A DNA stretch of 64,000 nucleotides, taken from Candidatus Omnitrophota bacterium. Lineage in GTDB: Bacteria > Omnitrophota > Gorgyraeia > Gygaellales > Profunditerraquicolaceae. Of this stretch, positions 37,010-46,773 are shown piece after piece. Within the stretch, counting starts at the first letter, position 1; the number at the start of each line of letters is the position of its first letter. The stretch spans positions 350,855-414,854 of the forward strand of contig JBAZJY010000002.1 in the NCBI GenBank assembly GCA_041651115.1, given 5' to 3'. The notes under the pieces are model-generated. The model did no database searches. It had not been told where the DNA came from and was given only the letters and a program-made list of their open reading frames with translations. The position numbers were made by a program, and so were the translations under genes.

Positions 37010-38902
37010 ATGCTTATATCCGACAATAAAATATCCGGTTTTATGGTATTTATCGTGTTTTTTGGCGTTTGCTTTTTTTTATATTTCAACGGCCTGAACA
37101 GCGCTTTTATCTTTGACGATAATTTTCTTATTGTGGATAATGTATTCGTGAAGAATTTTGATATCGCAAAGATTTTTACAACCGACATCTTTCATTTTAA
37201 GCCTCAAGATGCCGTTTCGGCCGGCTATTATTATCGCCCGTTCCAATCGTTAAGTTATTCCCTGGAGCATATTGCCTGGGGGTTGAAGCCGATAGGATAC
37301 CGTATCACTAATATACTTTTACACAGCCTTAACTCTTTTTTTATCTTTCTGATCATTTGTTTGATATTTAAGAACAGGATCCTGGCATTTTTAAGCGGCA
37401 TGTTCTTCTGCATTCATCCCGCCCAGGTCTGTTTAGTCACATTTATTGCCGGCAGGTCAAACCTGCTGGAAACGTTTTTTATGCTCTTGTCCGTGCTCAT
37501 GTATATTAATTGGCTGGATTCCGATAGAAAAAGATTTTATTGTTTTTCCTTGTTGTTATATGCCGGGGCGTTGCTCTGCAGGGAGGGCGCCCTGTTATTG
37601 CCGCTTTATTTGATTATTTGCGCATTATTCCTAAGGATTAAATATAAAAAAATCATTTTATCCGTCCTGCCTTATGCTGCCTTAAGCTTATTGTATCTTG
37701 TCATCCGCAATATGTTTTTGCCTTCTAATAATCTTAATATCGCGGCCCCGCTGCCGTTAAGCAGCCTGCTTGGTTTTGTATTGCGGTTACAGGACTATTT
37801 TTGGCAGCTCATTTTACCTCTACCTTTAAAGGTAGAGGTATTTGCCAAACACTATGCGATCAGGGCGGTATTTTATTTATTTTCTTCAATAATATTCAGC
37901 TATCTTCTAGTTAAAGCCATTATCCATAAAAATAAAATAATCGCTTTCGGATTAATCATGTATTTCGTTGGGTTGGTCCCCCTTATCAAGCTCGGCGATA
38001 ATCTCGCTTATCTTGGGCTGGTCTTTTCCGAGCACTATGTCTATAATGCGTCTATCGGCTTTTCCGTTCTTTTGGCATGCTCGATTTTAGGGGTATATTA
38101 TCACCATCGCAAGTTTGCTGCGGCCGCATTTATTGCGGTAAGCTTATTTTTTTCAATTTTGACGATCGCATCGAATTCCTATTACAAAAATGAGCTTAGT
38201 TTTTATGAATATGTTTTGCGCGTTGATAAGCATAATCCAATTGCCCGTTTGAACCTGGGGAATGTTTATTACGCGCAGAAAGAATATGCGCGGGCAATTG
38301 ATGAGGCAAAAAAGGTTTTGAGACTTGAGCCGGAGGCCTGGGATGCGTATTTACTACTGGGCAATATTTACGCTGCCCAGGGTAAAAAAGCCGAAGCGGT
38401 TGAATCATTTCAGGAGGCGCTGCGCATTTATCCGCGTTCCGTAGAAGCGTTGAATAATCTGGCGTTGATCTATCGGGACAGCGGCGAAGACGAAAAAGCG
38501 GATGATTATTTGAGGAGGGCGTTGTTGATCAACCCGGAATACTCATTGGCCCTGCAGAATTATCACGATCTTCTATTTGGAAAAAAGCTGTATGGCCCGG
38601 CCTTAGGAATAGGCCGGCGGGTTTTGCGGCTTGAGCCGCATAATGCCGATATGCTGCTCAAGCACGGCATAACTTTAGCGCAGCTTGGGCGTGCGCAGGA
38701 GGCTGAATCAGCTTTGCTCAGGGCGTTGAAATTGAAGCCCGGATCATTTCAGGCTACCTATAACCTTGCTGCGTTATACGGCAATATGGGTAAGCTTGAT
38801 AAGGCTGTTACCATGTGGAAAGCGGCTTTAAGGATAAAACCGGATGATAAAGATGCCAAGGATAGTTTAAAAAAGGCCGAGGGCCTTATTAAAGAGAAAT
38901 GA
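37010..38902 (+). CDS. Polytopic membrane protein (PMT/ArnT-like glycosyltransferase fold?) with C-terminal TPR repeats
   Basis: About 11 TM segments at the N-terminus; four or more TPR-like repeats at the C-terminus. Confidence 0.6.
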   Translation: MLISDNKISGFMVFIVFFGVCFFLYFNGLNSAFIFDDNFLIVDNVFVKNFDIAKIFTTDIFHFKPQDAVSAGYYYRPFQSLSYSLEHIAWGLKPIGYRITNILLHSLNSFFIFLIICLIFKNRILAFLSGMFFCIHPAQVCLVTFIAGRSNLLETFFMLLSVLMYINWLDSDRKRFYCFSLLLYAGALLCREGALLLPLYLIICALFLRIKYKKIILSVLPYAALSLLYLVIRNMFLPSNNLNIAAPLPLSSLLGFVLRLQDYFWQLILPLPLKVEVFAKHYAIRAVFYLFSSIIFSYLLVKAIIHKNKIIAFGLIMYFVGLVPLIKLGDNLAYLGLVFSEHYVYNASIGFSVLLACSILGVYYHHRKFAAAAFIAVSLFFSILTIASNSYYKNELSFYEYVLRVDKHNPIARLNLGNVYYAQKEYARAIDEAKKVLRLEPEAWDAYLLLGNIYAAQGKKAEAVESFQEALRIYPRSVEALNNLALIYRDSGEDEKADDYLRRALLINPEYSLALQNYHDLLFGKKLYGPALGIGRRVLRLEPHNADMLLKHGITLAQLGRAQEAESALLRALKLKPGSFQATYNLAALYGNMGKLDKAVTMWKAALRIKPDDKDAKDSLKKAEGLIKEK

Positions 38903-39717
38903 TCAGGGCGACAGTTTTTTTAATTTTATCCTGCGTTATTTTTTCCGGTTGCAACCGGCCTGACCTTGTCAGCGCCTGGCGCGACCATCCGATAGTTATC
39001 AACGGCAAATATACGGATTTTGGCAATGCCACGGCTTATTATGATGAAAAAGAAAAGGTAACGCTTAGTCTCTATAATGACAATGAGTTTTTGTATATTT
39101 GCCTGATCTCCCGGAACCGCCGGATGGAAAACCAGCTACTGGAATCGGGCTTAATGGTATGGTTTGACCCGGAGGCGGGAAAAAATAAAGGGTTTGGCAT
39201 CCGTTTTCCTGTTGGCATGCAGGCAATGGGCATGCCTTTAATGGAGCCTGGCAGTGCAGCAAGGGCCAGGCCGGAAAGTGAAGAGGAAGCAGCCGCAGAA
39301 GACGAGAAAACCCGGGTAAAAGCAAGGATGCGTGAAAGAGAGCTTGAAAAAAGACTGGAGGCTTTAGTAGACCTGCAGGAAGAATTAGAGATCATAACCG
39401 GCCCTGGTAAGGAAAGCCGCGTAAAACTATCCTTAGAAGAGGCGGCAAAACAGGGCATTGAGGCAAAAACCGGCAGGGAGAACGGATATTTTGTTTATGG
39501 GCTTAAGGTACCGCTGGTAAAAAACAGCAAATATCAATATGCAATAGCTGCCAAAGAAGGCAAGCCAATAGGCTTTGGCATAGAAATGGCTCCTATGGTT
39601 GAGATAGAGATGCCGGGCGAAGAGCCTGATAAACCCGGCATGCATACGGACGGGATGGTAGCGGAAGGCTTTCGGTTATGGACAACAATCACGCTTGCCC
39701 AGTCCAATAATCAATAA
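38899..39717 (+). CDS. Lipoprotein, function unknown
   Basis: Signal peptide with FSGCN lipobox; Glu/Ala-rich middle region. Confidence 0.5.
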   Translation: MIRATVFLILSCVIFSGCNRPDLVSAWRDHPIVINGKYTDFGNATAYYDEKEKVTLSLYNDNEFLYICLISRNRRMENQLLESGLMVWFDPEAGKNKGFGIRFPVGMQAMGMPLMEPGSAARARPESEEEAAAEDEKTRVKARMRERELEKRLEALVDLQEELEIITGPGKESRVKLSLEEAAKQGIEAKTGRENGYFVYGLKVPLVKNSKYQYAIAAKEGKPIGFGIEMAPMVEIEMPGEEPDKPGMHTDGMVAEGFRLWTTITLAQSNNQ

Positions 39718-39775
39718 AAACCCCCGCTTTCCTAATCGGAGTTTACTCCCATTTAGGTAAGCGGGGGATTCTTTT
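39716..39775. terminator. Bidirectional intrinsic terminator between convergent genes
   Basis: aaaaa-cccccgctt...aagcggggg-attctttt. Confidence 0.6.
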
Positions 39776-39791
39776 GCTATTCAGGTGCTAC

Positions 39792-39992
39792 TTATAATTT
39801 ACTAACGTTGGTAGCCTGTTCGCCTTTGGGACCCTGGGTGACGTCAAACTCCACTTCCTGTCCCTCATCCAAGGTTTTATAGCCTTCGCCTTTGATTGCG
39901 CTGTGATGCACGAACACATCTTTGCCATCTTCGCGGGTGATAAAGCCATAACCCTTTTGGTTGCTGAACCACTTCACTTTGCCTTTTGCCAT
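39792..39992 (-). CDS. cspA: Cold-shock protein (CspA family)
   Basis: [28 protein letters not shown] motifs. Confidence 0.9.
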   Translation of the reverse strand: MAKGKVKWFSNQKGYGFITREDGKDVFVHHSAIKGEGYKTLDEGQEVEFDVTQGPKGEQATNVSKL

Positions 39993-40236
39993 TTATTACC
40001 TTTCACCCCCTTCACAACAAGAAAAACAACTTTGTTAATAACCTGCGATTTTCGCAGTGGTATAGGAAAGTTTCTAGTTTCCTATACCATAAAAAACCGT
40101 AAAGCGCATTGGTTGTGTTGACTGATTTTGCTTTACGGTCCGTAGATCCAAAATAAGTTACTCCTTCATGCTCTAACTGCCTCTAGCATAGCAGGTTTTT
40201 GCTTTTTGTCAACAGATTTTTTGGGGATTTGTTCAA

Positions 40237-40264
40237 TTGACTAATGGCTAAAAGTTGATATAAT
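40237..40264 (+). promoter_or_regulatory. Sigma70-like promoter (TTGACT, 16 nt spacer, TATAAT) driving the tRNA-Thr leader
   Basis: Consensus hexamers. Confidence 0.5.
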
Positions 40265-40433
40265 TAAATGCGCTTAAGATCACACGTGGCGCATTTATCC
40301 TGAGGCCATCCGGGCATAGTAGAGTAGGGCCGAAGGATCTCGCATTTACTTTTTGCTGGCGTAGCTCAGTTCCCGCCACAGGCGGGTCCGCCTCCGGCGG
40401 AGGCAGGCAGGGAGCAGCGCCTATTTTATTTAA

Positions 40434-40508
40434 CGCCGACGTAGCTCAGTTGGTAGAGCAAGTGTTTCGTAAACACTAGGTCGAGGGTTCGAATCCCCCC
40501 GTCGGCTC
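40434..40508 (+). tRNA. tRNA-Thr (anticodon CGU)
   Basis: Acceptor GCCGACG/CGTCGGC, D-arm TAGCTCAGTTGGTAGAGC, anticodon loop TTCGTAA, T-loop TTCGAAT, CCA encoded. Confidence 0.8.
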
Positions 40509-40513
40509 CATTT

Positions 40514-41797
40514 ATGTCTAAATTCACCGAAGTATTAAAAAGACGCGATTTCTTTTTCCTTTGGCTGGGCCAGATCATCTCACAGCTGGGCGATCGGCTT
40601 AACCAGATGGCGTTGATCGCCTTTATTTATCTGCGCGCCCCCGGCTCAAGCATTGAGATTGCCAAAATGCTCTCCTTTACCATAATTCCCGTGTTTTTGA
40701 TCGGCCCGCTTGCCGGAGTATATGTTGACCGCTGGGACAGGCGCAGGACGATGTTCATCTGCGATTTCTTAAGGGCCGGCCTGGTTTTGACTATTCCGGC
40801 ATTTCTGTTTTACGCAAAGAGCCTTATCCCGATATATATCGTTATCTTCATAGTATTTTGCATCAGCAGGTTCTTTGTGCCGGCAAAGTTAGCGATCATC
40901 CCCGATCTTGTGGAGCCTAAAGATCTTTTGATCGCCAATTCATTGGTTAATATTACGGGCATGATCGCGGCAATTTTAGGCTTTGGCGTCAGCGGTATAG
41001 TGGTTGACTGGCTGGGCGCAAGGAGCGGCTTCTTCCTTGATGCGTTTAGTTTCCTGGTTTCCGGCTCGCTGATCTTTTTTATCTCGCGCAGGGCATTTGT
41101 AGCCGTAGGCAGCAAGGCAAAGCATATAGACAGGCAAGGCATAAAAAAAGTAAGCCGGGAGATCGTTGCCGTGATCAATAAATCCGTATTCCAGGAGATA
41201 AAAGAGGGCGTGCTTTATTTCCTGAAAAATAAGGATATCCGTTTTACCGCCGGCATCATTTTTATCCTTTGGTCGGCATTGGGAGCGGTTTACGCGGTTT
41301 CCATTGCTTTTGTGCAAAGGACTTTGCAATCGGTAACCAAGGACCTGGGGCTTCTGGCAATGCTTTTAGGCTTGGGTTTGTTCCTCGGTTCGCTTGTCTA
41401 CGGCCGTTTTGGCCAGCGGCTTTCGCATTACAAAACTATATTTATGTCGCTCGTCTTAAGCGGTATAATGTTGGTAGCATTTGCCTTTGGCATTAGCCAC
41501 TTCCCGAATTTTTTTGTGGCTGCCGGGCTTTCCCTGCTTTTAGGGATGGCGATCGCTCCGATCATGATTGCCTCCAATACGATCATCCACAATGCCAGCT
41601 CAAACGATATGATGGGCAAGATCTTCAGCTCTTTGGAGATCGTGATGCATTTGGGCTTTATTATCTTTATGTTCATCAGCAGTTTCCTGGCAGAAAGATT
41701 CTCTCATAGCATTATCCTCATCAGCGTCGGATGCGTAGTTATCATTTCCGGCATCGTTAACCTTATTTATCATCGTAAAATACCGTGGTTAGATTAG
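40514..41797 (+). CDS. MFS transporter
   Basis: 12 TM segments; GPLAGVYVDRWDRR MFS motif A. Confidence 0.75.
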   Translation: MSKFTEVLKRRDFFFLWLGQIISQLGDRLNQMALIAFIYLRAPGSSIEIAKMLSFTIIPVFLIGPLAGVYVDRWDRRRTMFICDFLRAGLVLTIPAFLFYAKSLIPIYIVIFIVFCISRFFVPAKLAIIPDLVEPKDLLIANSLVNITGMIAAILGFGVSGIVVDWLGARSGFFLDAFSFLVSGSLIFFISRRAFVAVGSKAKHIDRQGIKKVSREIVAVINKSVFQEIKEGVLYFLKNKDIRFTAGIIFILWSALGAVYAVSIAFVQRTLQSVTKDLGLLAMLLGLGLFLGSLVYGRFGQRLSHYKTIFMSLVLSGIMLVAFAFGISHFPNFFVAAGLSLLLGMAIAPIMIASNTIIHNASSNDMMGKIFSSLEIVMHLGFIIFMFISSFLAERFSHSIILISVGCVVIISGIVNLIYHRKIPWLD

Positions 41798-43059
41798 CGC
41801 ATAATAAAAATCTTACCGAGCATAAGGCGATAGAAACTGCGGCCGCACCGCAAAGGGCTTATGTGCCTTTAAGCCAGCATGTAGGTAAAGCCTGTAACCC
41901 GGAAGTCAAGGCAGGAGACGACGTGCTGATTGGCCAGCGGATCGCCTCTGTGGAAGCAAAGGTTTACGCGCCGATACATTCGCCGGTTAGCGGCAAGGTA
42001 GTTTCCATCGAAGATTGGCCGCATCCGGTTTTAGGCAGGTGTAAGGCTATTATCATTGAAAATGACTCAAGTAACCGGAAGGTTGAAATGCCTGCCCGGG
42101 CTCCGGAAGATAGCCACCAGTTAACCGCAGAAGAAATAAGAAAGATCGTTTTTGCATCCGGCATTGTCGGGCAGGGAGGGGCAGCTTTCCCTTCCCACAT
42201 AAAACTTGACCCCCCTAAGCCGGTTGACAGCCTGATCATTAATGGCGCGGAATGCGAGCCATACCTTACCGGAGATTACCGCTTAATGCTGGAGCGGACA
42301 GAGAATATCCTGCGCGGGATTGAATTGATCGCCAGGTGCCTTGGGGTAAAGGATGTTTATATCGCCATTGAAGATGATAAGCCGCAAGCCGTAGAAAAGT
42401 TCAAAATTAAAAATGCAAAATTCAAGATCAAGGTGTTGCGGCCGGAATACCCGCAGGGCGGGGAAAAGCAACTGATCAAATCCGTGCTTGGCAGAGAAGT
42501 CCCCGCAGGCAAGCTTCCTTTGGATGCCGGTGCATGCGTTCATAACGTAGGCACTGCCCTTGCGGTTTATGAAGCTGTTTACCTGGGAAAGCCTTTGTAT
42601 GAGCGCGTGGTCACGGTTACAGGAAGCTGCCTGTCCAGCCCTAAAAATCTTCTCGCGCGTGTCGGCACACCCATAAAAGATCTGATCGATTCTTGCGGCC
42701 CGCTGAAAAAAGAGCCGGCAAAGATTATTACCGGCGGGCCAATGATGGGCATTGCCCAATTTAGCGACAATGTCCCGCTGATAAAATCCACGACCGGGAT
42801 ACTCCTTTTGGCTGAAGAAGAAGTTAAGGAAGTAGAGGAATTGTTCTGTATCCGCTGCGGAGCTTGCGTCAGGGAGTGCCCGGCAAAGCTGTTGCCTACC
42901 TCAATAAACCTCGCGGCGCAGAAACAGCTCTGGCAGGAGGCAAAACTATACGGCGCTTCCGATTGCATTGAATGCGGCGTCTGCAGTTACGTCTGTCCTT
43001 CAAACATAAATTTGGTGCAGTCAATAAGAAGGGCTAAATGGGAGGTGGCGCGATTATGA
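41785..43059 (+). CDS. rnfC: Rnf complex subunit C
   Basis: NADH/FMN-binding core plus CIRCGACVRECP and CIECGVCSYVCP ferredoxin motifs. Confidence 0.85.
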   Translation: MVRLAHNKNLTEHKAIETAAAPQRAYVPLSQHVGKACNPEVKAGDDVLIGQRIASVEAKVYAPIHSPVSGKVVSIEDWPHPVLGRCKAIIIENDSSNRKVEMPARAPEDSHQLTAEEIRKIVFASGIVGQGGAAFPSHIKLDPPKPVDSLIINGAECEPYLTGDYRLMLERTENILRGIELIARCLGVKDVYIAIEDDKPQAVEKFKIKNAKFKIKVLRPEYPQGGEKQLIKSVLGREVPAGKLPLDAGACVHNVGTALAVYEAVYLGKPLYERVVTVTGSCLSSPKNLLARVGTPIKDLIDSCGPLKKEPAKIITGGPMMGIAQFSDNVPLIKSTTGILLLAEEEVKEVEELFCIRCGACVRECPAKLLPTSINLAAQKQLWQEAKLYGASDCIECGVCSYVCPSNINLVQSIRRAKWEVARL

Positions 43060-43583
43060 GAACCATGGCCCGTTACGGTATTACGCTGGGATTCATCTGT
43101 ATCTTGGCTGCCGGGCTTTTAGCCGGGGTAAATGCTTTGACTCGGCCAATGATCTTTGCCCAGGCAAAACAGCAGGAAGAAAAGGCCCTTTCGGAAGTCT
43201 TTCATGATGCCGGCCGTTTTGAAGAGATAAAGTCAGCAGCCGGCGAAATAATTTATTATAAGGTCTATGATAATAATGGCGTTGTCGTTGGCGTTGCTTT
43301 TAAAGCAACGGGCAAGGGTTATTCCGGCCCGGTTGAAACAATGGTGGGTATGGATATGGATGGCAAGATCGGCATAATCAAAGTATTAAGCCAGAATGAA
43401 ACCCCTGGTTTGGGCAGCCGGGTTAGCGAGGGATCTTTTACGTCGCAATTCAGCGGAAAAAATATTGCCGGCCTGGATGAAGTTCAGGCAATTACCGGGG
43501 CAACAATATCTTCCAAGGCAGTTACGGATCCGGTAAAGAATAAGGCGCAAGAAATCCTCTCTTTGATTAAAAATGAAAGATAA
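43038..43583 (+). CDS. rnfG: Rnf complex subunit G (FMN-binding)
   Basis: N-terminal TM segment; ITGATISS FMN-attachment motif. Confidence 0.75.
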   Translation: MGGGAIMRTMARYGITLGFICILAAGLLAGVNALTRPMIFAQAKQQEEKALSEVFHDAGRFEEIKSAAGEIIYYKVYDNNGVVVGVAFKATGKGYSGPVETMVGMDMDGKIGIIKVLSQNETPGLGSRVSEGSFTSQFSGKNIAGLDEVQAITGATISSKAVTDPVKNKAQEILSLIKNER

Positions 43584-44517
43584 GTTATACGTTTCCAGTT
43601 CTCCGCATTTGCATACGAAGGAATCAGCCGCTAAAATAATGTGGCTGGTTGCGCTTTCCCTGGTTCCGGCAGGCATTGCGGGAATTTTTATTTTTGGCGC
43701 ACGCGCCCTGTGGGTGATTGCCGTGGGCATCTTGTCCGCCCTGGCCAGCGAAGGCATTTTACAAAGATTAACGAAGAATAAGATCAGGATTTTTGACGGC
43801 AGCGCTTTTCTTACCGGTTTGCTGTTAGCGTATAATCTTCCTCCTTCAGTCCCGTTATGGATGCCGGTAATCGGCTCTTTTTTTGCCATAGCGATCGGTA
43901 AATTCGTTTTCGGAGGGCTGGGGAAAAACATATTTAACCCTGCTTTGGCAGGCCGGGCGTTCCTGATGGCGTCATGGCCGAAGTATATGACCGACTTTAC
44001 ATCACCGTTCAGTTATGACGCCGTGACTTCTGCTACGCCGCTGGCAATGTTAAAGGAAGGTAAATTGATTGAAAAGATTTCATATTTGGACCTCTTTTTT
44101 GGTAAGCGCGCCGGCTGTATCGGAGAGGTCTGTATCTTAGCCCTGCTTATCGGCGCGGCATTTCTTCTGCTGCGGGGATACATTACATGGCATATCCCGG
44201 TAACCTATATCGCTACTACCGGATTTTTCATTTATATTTTCGGCGGCCCGGCAGGATTCTTTAGCGGAGACTGGCTTTTTCATATTCTCTCCGGTGGATT
44301 AGTGCTGGGAGCATTCTTTATGGCTACCGATTATGTTACTTCGCCCCTTGCAGCTAAAGGGCAGGTGATTTTCGGCATAGGTTGCGGCTTGCTTACTGCG
44401 ATCATCAGGCTTTGGGGCGGCTATCCTGAAGGCGCCTCATACGCGATACTAATGATGAATGCCGCAGTCCCGTTGATCGACCGTTATGCAAGACCGAGGA
44501 TATATGGCACTTATTAA
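43573..44517 (+). CDS. rnfD: Rnf complex subunit D
   Basis: SSPH motif near the N-terminus; polytopic; NqrB/RnfD-like. Confidence 0.8.
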   Translation: MKDKLYVSSSPHLHTKESAAKIMWLVALSLVPAGIAGIFIFGARALWVIAVGILSALASEGILQRLTKNKIRIFDGSAFLTGLLLAYNLPPSVPLWMPVIGSFFAIAIGKFVFGGLGKNIFNPALAGRAFLMASWPKYMTDFTSPFSYDAVTSATPLAMLKEGKLIEKISYLDLFFGKRAGCIGEVCILALLIGAAFLLLRGYITWHIPVTYIATTGFFIYIFGGPAGFFSGDWLFHILSGGLVLGAFFMATDYVTSPLAAKGQVIFGIGCGLLTAIIRLWGGYPEGASYAILMMNAAVPLIDRYARPRIYGTY

Positions 44518-44529
44518 TGGACCAGTAAC

Positions 44530-45207
44530 ATGAAAAAATTGATCGGTATATTCAAAAAAGGCATTGCTGTTGAAAATCCCACGTTCGGGCTGGTGCTGGG
44601 CCTATGCCCCACGCTTGCGGTTTCCACTTCCGTGCATAACGCCGTAGGTATGGGAGCGGCTGCGACCTTTGTGCTATTCGGTTCAAACACCATAATTTCT
44701 TTAGTGCGTAAACTCATCCCTACCCAGATACGCATTCCCTGTTTTATCGTGATTATCGCCACATTCGTTACTATTAACGAGATGATAATGAAGGCTTATT
44801 TTCCGGCGCTTAATGCTTCATTGGGCATCTTTGTGCCTTTGATCGTGGTTAACTGCATTGTCCTGGGCAGGGCAGAAGCGTTTGCTTGTAAAAATCCCGT
44901 AATCGATTCTATTTTTGATGCTTTGGGTAAAGGAGCCGGGTTTACCATCGCCCTGGTGATAATTGCCGCGATCCGGGAGGGCTTAGGCGCGGGAAAGATT
45001 TTCGGCTTTAATCTTATAAAAGGATATGAGCCGGCAGCAATGATGATCCTTGCCCCGGGAGCCTTGCTTACGCTGGGGCTTCTGATTGGTATCGTGAACC
45101 ATCGGCATATTAAACTTAAAACCAAACAACGGGACGGTTCTCGCCAAAATCCAGAGAGATCAACAGAGAACTGTCCCGAAGGAGAGCATTGCGATGGATG
45201 CAAGTAA
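44530..45207 (+). CDS. rnfE: Rnf complex subunit E
   Basis: RnfE/NqrD-like six-TM protein. Confidence 0.8.
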   Translation: MKKLIGIFKKGIAVENPTFGLVLGLCPTLAVSTSVHNAVGMGAAATFVLFGSNTIISLVRKLIPTQIRIPCFIVIIATFVTINEMIMKAYFPALNASLGIFVPLIVVNCIVLGRAEAFACKNPVIDSIFDALGKGAGFTIALVIIAAIREGLGAGKIFGFNLIKGYEPAAMMILAPGALLTLGLLIGIVNHRHIKLKTKQRDGSRQNPERSTENCPEGEHCDGCK

Positions 45208-45802
45208 ATTTATGGCCATAATGATCTCCATGGTCTTTATTAATAATTTTATCCTTTCCAAATTCCTCGGGCTCTGCCCGTTTATCGGAGTATCCAAAGA
45301 AATAAAGCCCGCGTTTTCCATGGGGTCGGCTGTTACCTTTGTTATTACAATGTCCAGTATGATCACTTGGGTTATTTATCGCTACCTGTTAATCCCCTTT
45401 GACCTGACTTATCTGCGCACGATCTCTTTTATACTGGTGATTGCCAGTTTTGTGCAATTTGTAGAAATGGTGATCCGTAAGTTTTTTCCGGCCCTTTACC
45501 GGGCATTCGGGATATACCTGCCGTTGATTACGGTTAACTGCGCAGTGCTGGGAGCCGCGGTCCTGAATTCGGAAACATTCTTTAACGCGAATACCGGTAA
45601 TGCGGCGAGCTTTTTAATGAGCCTTACGCAGGGTTTTTTTGCGGGCGTAGGCTTTCTTCTGGCAATGGCGCTAATGTCCGGCATCAGGCAAAAGCTGGAA
45701 GTGGTTGACGCGCCTGTCAGCTTAAGGGGCGTGCCGTTGGCTTTTATCATTGCTTCCTTGATGAGTTTGGCATTTATGGGCTTTAACGGGTTTAAGTTTT
45801 AA
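45194..45802 (+). CDS. rnfA: Rnf complex subunit A
   Basis: RnfA/NqrE-like. Confidence 0.8.
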   Translation: MDASKFMAIMISMVFINNFILSKFLGLCPFIGVSKEIKPAFSMGSAVTFVITMSSMITWVIYRYLLIPFDLTYLRTISFILVIASFVQFVEMVIRKFFPALYRAFGIYLPLITVNCAVLGAAVLNSETFFNANTGNAASFLMSLTQGFFAGVGFLLAMALMSGIRQKLEVVDAPVSLRGVPLAFIIASLMSLAFMGFNGFKF

Positions 45803-45804
45803 AA

Positions 45805-46620
45805 ATGGACATACTTACTCCTATTCTGATCCTTGGCGGTTTAGGCGTTATTTTCGGTATTGGCCTTGCCGTAGCGGCAAGAAGGTTCTGTGTAGCCGTT
45901 GATCCGCGCATTGAAAAGATATTTTCCCGTTTGCCCGGGGCAAATTGCGGGGCTTGCGGTAAGCCCGGTTGCATAGGTTTTGCCGAAGGCCTGATACAAG
46001 GCACCTGCACGGTTGAAGGCTGCACTGTAAGCTCGGAAAAGGCGCGGCAGGATATTGCGCAGATACTCGGCGTGGAAACAAAAGTAAAGGTTAAGACCCT
46101 GGCAGTCCTGCATTGCCACGGCGGAAGCAAACGCGTAAAAGATAAATTCGTTTATCGCGGGATAAATGATTGCGTATCGGCAAGCATGGTTATGGGAGGG
46201 CCTAAGGCCTGTGTGCATGGCTGTATCGGTTACGGCACTTGTGCCAAAATTTGCCCGTTTGGCGCAATTACCATGAATGAAGAAAATCTTCCGGTGGTGC
46301 ATGCCGATAAATGTCGCGCATGCGGCAAGTGCGTTGAGGTTTGTCCGAAGAAATTATTTAGCCTTACCCCCGCTACAAAAACCTATGCCGTCAGATGCAA
46401 GTCCCTCGATGCGGGAAAAAGCGTGATGGCGGTTTGTTCCGTAGGCTGCATTACCTGCCGCAAATGCGAACAGGCCTGCCCGGTCAAGGCAATCCAAATC
46501 ATCGATAATCTCGCGGTCATAGATTATAATATTTGTGATAACCGGGGAGAATGTTTTAAAGTCTGCCCTACAAAAGCGATTGCTAAAAAAGGGCATCAGT
46601 CGTGGATAAGCAGGCAATAA
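45805..46620 (+). CDS. rnfB: Rnf complex subunit B (polyferredoxin)
   Basis: N-terminal TM segment; CGACGKPGC; multiple CxxCxxCxxxCP motifs. Confidence 0.8.
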   Translation: MDILTPILILGGLGVIFGIGLAVAARRFCVAVDPRIEKIFSRLPGANCGACGKPGCIGFAEGLIQGTCTVEGCTVSSEKARQDIAQILGVETKVKVKTLAVLHCHGGSKRVKDKFVYRGINDCVSASMVMGGPKACVHGCIGYGTCAKICPFGAITMNEENLPVVHADKCRACGKCVEVCPKKLFSLTPATKTYAVRCKSLDAGKSVMAVCSVGCITCRKCEQACPVKAIQIIDNLAVIDYNICDNRGECFKVCPTKAIAKKGHQSWISRQ

Positions 46621-46630
46621 ATATTTTAGG

Positions 46631-46750
46631 CTTAGGTTAAGGTTAGGGCCAGGAAGCCGGTATGGTCTAAGGGTTAAGGTTAGGTCATTGCTACTTAACC
46701 CTAACCTATTTACCATACTGGCTTCTTAACCTTGACCTAATAACCTAACC
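46631..46750. repeat. About 120 bp imperfect palindrome built from GGTTAAGG/GGTTAGG (telomere-like) units
   Basis: Left arm ggttaaggttagggccaggaagccggtatggt; right arm is the near reverse complement accatactggcttcttaacc...cctaacc. Confidence 0.6.
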
Positions 46751-46773
46751 AAGAATGCGATTAATGAAAGGGT

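Noticed and set aside
40355-40420. Second tRNA gene upstream of tRNA-Thr
   Set aside because: It begins like a tRNA (GGCGTAGCTCAGTT) but has no D-stem closure, no anticodon arm and no T-arm. It is kept only as a structured element or remnant.
45841-46302. 153 aa and 77 aa minus-strand ORFs inside rnfB
   Set aside because: They are antisense to the polyferredoxin gene. The Cys/Ala-rich translations are an artefact of complementing Cys codons.
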